Source: a virus (taxonomy: Duplodnaviria > Caudoviricetes). Taken from it: a DNA stretch of 38,267 nt. Below, piece after piece: positions 36,576 to 38,267 of this stretch; positions within the stretch are counted from its first letter, which is position 1, and each line of letters begins with the position of its first letter. The position numbers were made by a program, and so were the translations under genes. Location of the stretch: positions 1-38,267 of the IMG/VR virus record IMGVR_UViG_3300020403_000031; one strand, 5' to 3'. The notes beneath the pieces were generated by a model, which was given only the letters and a program-made list of their open reading frames with translations, ran no database searches and was not told the origin of the DNA.

Positions 36576-38267
36576 TGCCATACGTTGATGCATTTTTTGA
36601 CAGAGATGCTGATATTATCCGTGCTGTAGAACGCCGCGATGGTAAAAGGCACTTTACTGAATATCAAGCAAAATATACATTTTACTATGAAGACCAACGT
36701 GGCAAGTACAAAAGTATATATGGCGATCCGTTAACACGAGTTGTATGCAAAAACACAAAAGACTTTCGCAAAGAACTTGCTATAAACAAAGGCAAGAAAA
36801 TGTTTGAAAGCGATGTAAATCCAATATTTCAATGCTTGAGTGAACATTATCTAAATCAAGATGCTCCAAAACTAAATGTTGCATTTTTTGACATCGAGAC
36901 AGACTTTGATCCAGAGCGTGGCTTTGCTGATCCTAGTGATCCTTTTATGCCTATTACTGCTATCACTGTGCATTTACAATGGTTAGATGCACTAATAACA
37001 TTTGCTATACCACCAAAGACATTGACATTTGAAGAAGCACAAGCAGAAGTTGCAGAATTTGACAATACATATTTGTACAAAGACGAAGGAGATATGCTAC
37101 AAGCATTTCTTGATGTAATTGAGGATGCTGACATTTTATCAGGTTGGAATAGTGAAGGTTATGATATTCCATACACTGTAAATCGTGTTTCACGTGTTTT
37201 AAGCAAAGATGACACAAGACGCTTTTGTTTGTGGAAGCAACTTCCAAAAAGGCGTGAGTTTGAGAAGTTTGGTAAAACTGCCGAAACATTTGACACTATT
37301 GGTAGAGTTCATATGGATTATCTTGAACTGTATCGTAAGTATACATATGAAGAACGTCATACATATAGGCTAGATGCTATTGGTGAAATGGAAGTTGGTG
37401 AAAATAAGACCGTATATGAAGGTACATTGGATCAACTTTACAACAATGACTTCCGCAAGTTTATTGAATACAACAGACAAGACGTTGCATTGCTTGACAA
37501 ACTAGACAAGAAATTACGTTTTATTGATCTTGCAAATGAGATTGCACACGACAATACTGTGTTGCTACAAACTACAATGGGTGCGGTTGCTGTGACTGAA
37601 CAAGCAATTATTAACGAATCTCACAGGCGTGGTATGCAAGCACCAAACAGAAAAGAACACGAAGGTCAAACAGCCGCGGCAGGTGCTTATGTTGCATATC
37701 CAAAAAAAGGTGTCCACAAATGGATTGGTTCAATGGACTTAAACAGTCTGTATCCAAGTGTTATTAGAGCTATGAATATGGCGCCAGAGACAATCGTTGG
37801 TCAACTACGTCCTGATATGACAGAGGAAATGTTGCACAATGCTACAACATTAGAAAAGAAGTCATTTGCGGCCGCTTGGGAAGGTAAGTTTGGTAGTTTA
37901 GAATATGAAGCAGTAATGGAGCAACGTAAAGATGTTAGTTTAACATTAGATTTAGAAGATGGTACTAGCCACGTACTTAGTGGTGCAGAAATATACAAAC
38001 TAATATTTGATAGTAATCAACCGTGGATGTTAAGTGCAAACGGAACTGTTTTTACTTGGGAAGTAGAAGGTGTCGTTCCTGGTTTATTAAAACGTTGGTA
38101 TGCTGAACGTAAAGAACTACAAGCAAAAATGCGTAAAGCAATTGACGCAGGCAATGAAACAGAAATAGCGTTTTGGGATAAACGTCAACTTGTTAAAAAG
38201 ATTAACTTGAACAGTTTGTATGGTGCTATTCTAAATCCAGGTTGTAGATTTTTTGATAAACGTATTG
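36575..38267 (+). CDS. Family B DNA polymerase (T4 gp43-like), partial, runs off the window (not in ORF track)
   Basis: ExoI FDIET, ExoII GWNSEGYD, ExoIII YNRQD, motif A DLNSLYPS, motif B KINLNSLYG; TAATG-coupled start. Confidence 0.95.
   Translation, partial: MPYVDAFFDRDADIIRAVERRDGKRHFTEYQAKYTFYYEDQRGKYKSIYGDPLTRVVCKNTKDFRKELAINKGKKMFESDVNPIFQCLSEHYLNQDAPKLNVAFFDIETDFDPERGFADPSDPFMPITAITVHLQWLDALITFAIPPKTLTFEEAQAEVAEFDNTYLYKDEGDMLQAFLDVIEDADILSGWNSEGYDIPYTVNRVSRVLSKDDTRRFCLWKQLPKRREFEKFGKTAETFDTIGRVHMDYLELYRKYTYEERHTYRLDAIGEMEVGENKTVYEGTLDQLYNNDFRKFIEYNRQDVALLDKLDKKLRFIDLANEIAHDNTVLLQTTMGAVAVTEQAIINESHRRGMQAPNRKEHEGQTAAAGAYVAYPKKGVHKWIGSMDLNSLYPSVIRAMNMAPETIVGQLRPDMTEEMLHNATTLEKKSFAAAWEGKFGSLEYEAVMEQRKDVSLTLDLEDGTSHVLSGAEIYKLIFDSNQPWMLSANGTVFTWEVEGVVPGLLKRWYAERKELQAKMRKAIDAGNETEIAFWDKRQLVKKINLNSLYGAILNPGCRFFDKRI

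Noticed and set aside
688-37998. Minus-strand ORFs in the track other than phoH (e.g. 965-1216, 1637-2041, 2468-2932, 16787-17263, 23978-24448, 25486-25893, 35261-35791)
   Set aside because: They lie antisense to well-supported + strand genes and show no recognisable motifs; they are best explained as shadow ORFs
1-38267. tRNA/rRNA genes, introns, inteins, transposases or stop-codon reassignment
   Set aside because: Intergenic gaps are short and explained by promoters and RBSs. Conserved genes (thyX, clpA, phoH, the visible part of PolB) are of normal length and uninterrupted in the standard code. This was a check by eye only.

Overview
This window is an AT-rich, densely coding fragment of a large T4-like (myovirus-type) bacteriophage genome in the standard genetic code. 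All credible genes are on the + strand except phoH. From left to right it holds: tail fibre and baseplate structural genes (1-8611); a stand-alone DnaE fragment and GroES; a block of nucleotide-metabolism, replication and host-derived genes (MazG-like NTPases, BI-1/YccA, radical SAM, DEDD exonuclease, DNA methyltransferase, clamp loader, 7Fe ferredoxin, ThyX, PhoH); a lysis cluster (GH19 endolysin, i/o-spanins, TIGR02594-like lipoprotein, holin-like proteins); a proteostasis operon (DnaJ, peptide deformylase, ClpA); an ~8 kb array of unannotatable genes (27994-36236); and a DsbA-like protein plus a family B DNA polymerase running off the right edge. Spanins, the FdxA type and the BI-1 type point to a Gram-negative, probably alphaproteobacterial, host (inference). 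The most interesting signal is the 27994-36236 array. Several of its proteins begin with T4 capsid-targeting-like leaders (MK...[ILV]xE) and look like polyproteins of short basic modules separated by [ILVMF]-x-E prohead-protease-type sites. Apparent cargo includes a HAD nucleotidase, peptidoglycan-binding domains and annexin-like repeats. A paralogous HAD nucleotidase with intact catalytic motifs, and a cupredoxin-like domain, are inserted in the 1645-aa baseplate-like protein. All family assignments come from recognising motifs by eye; no database search was run.
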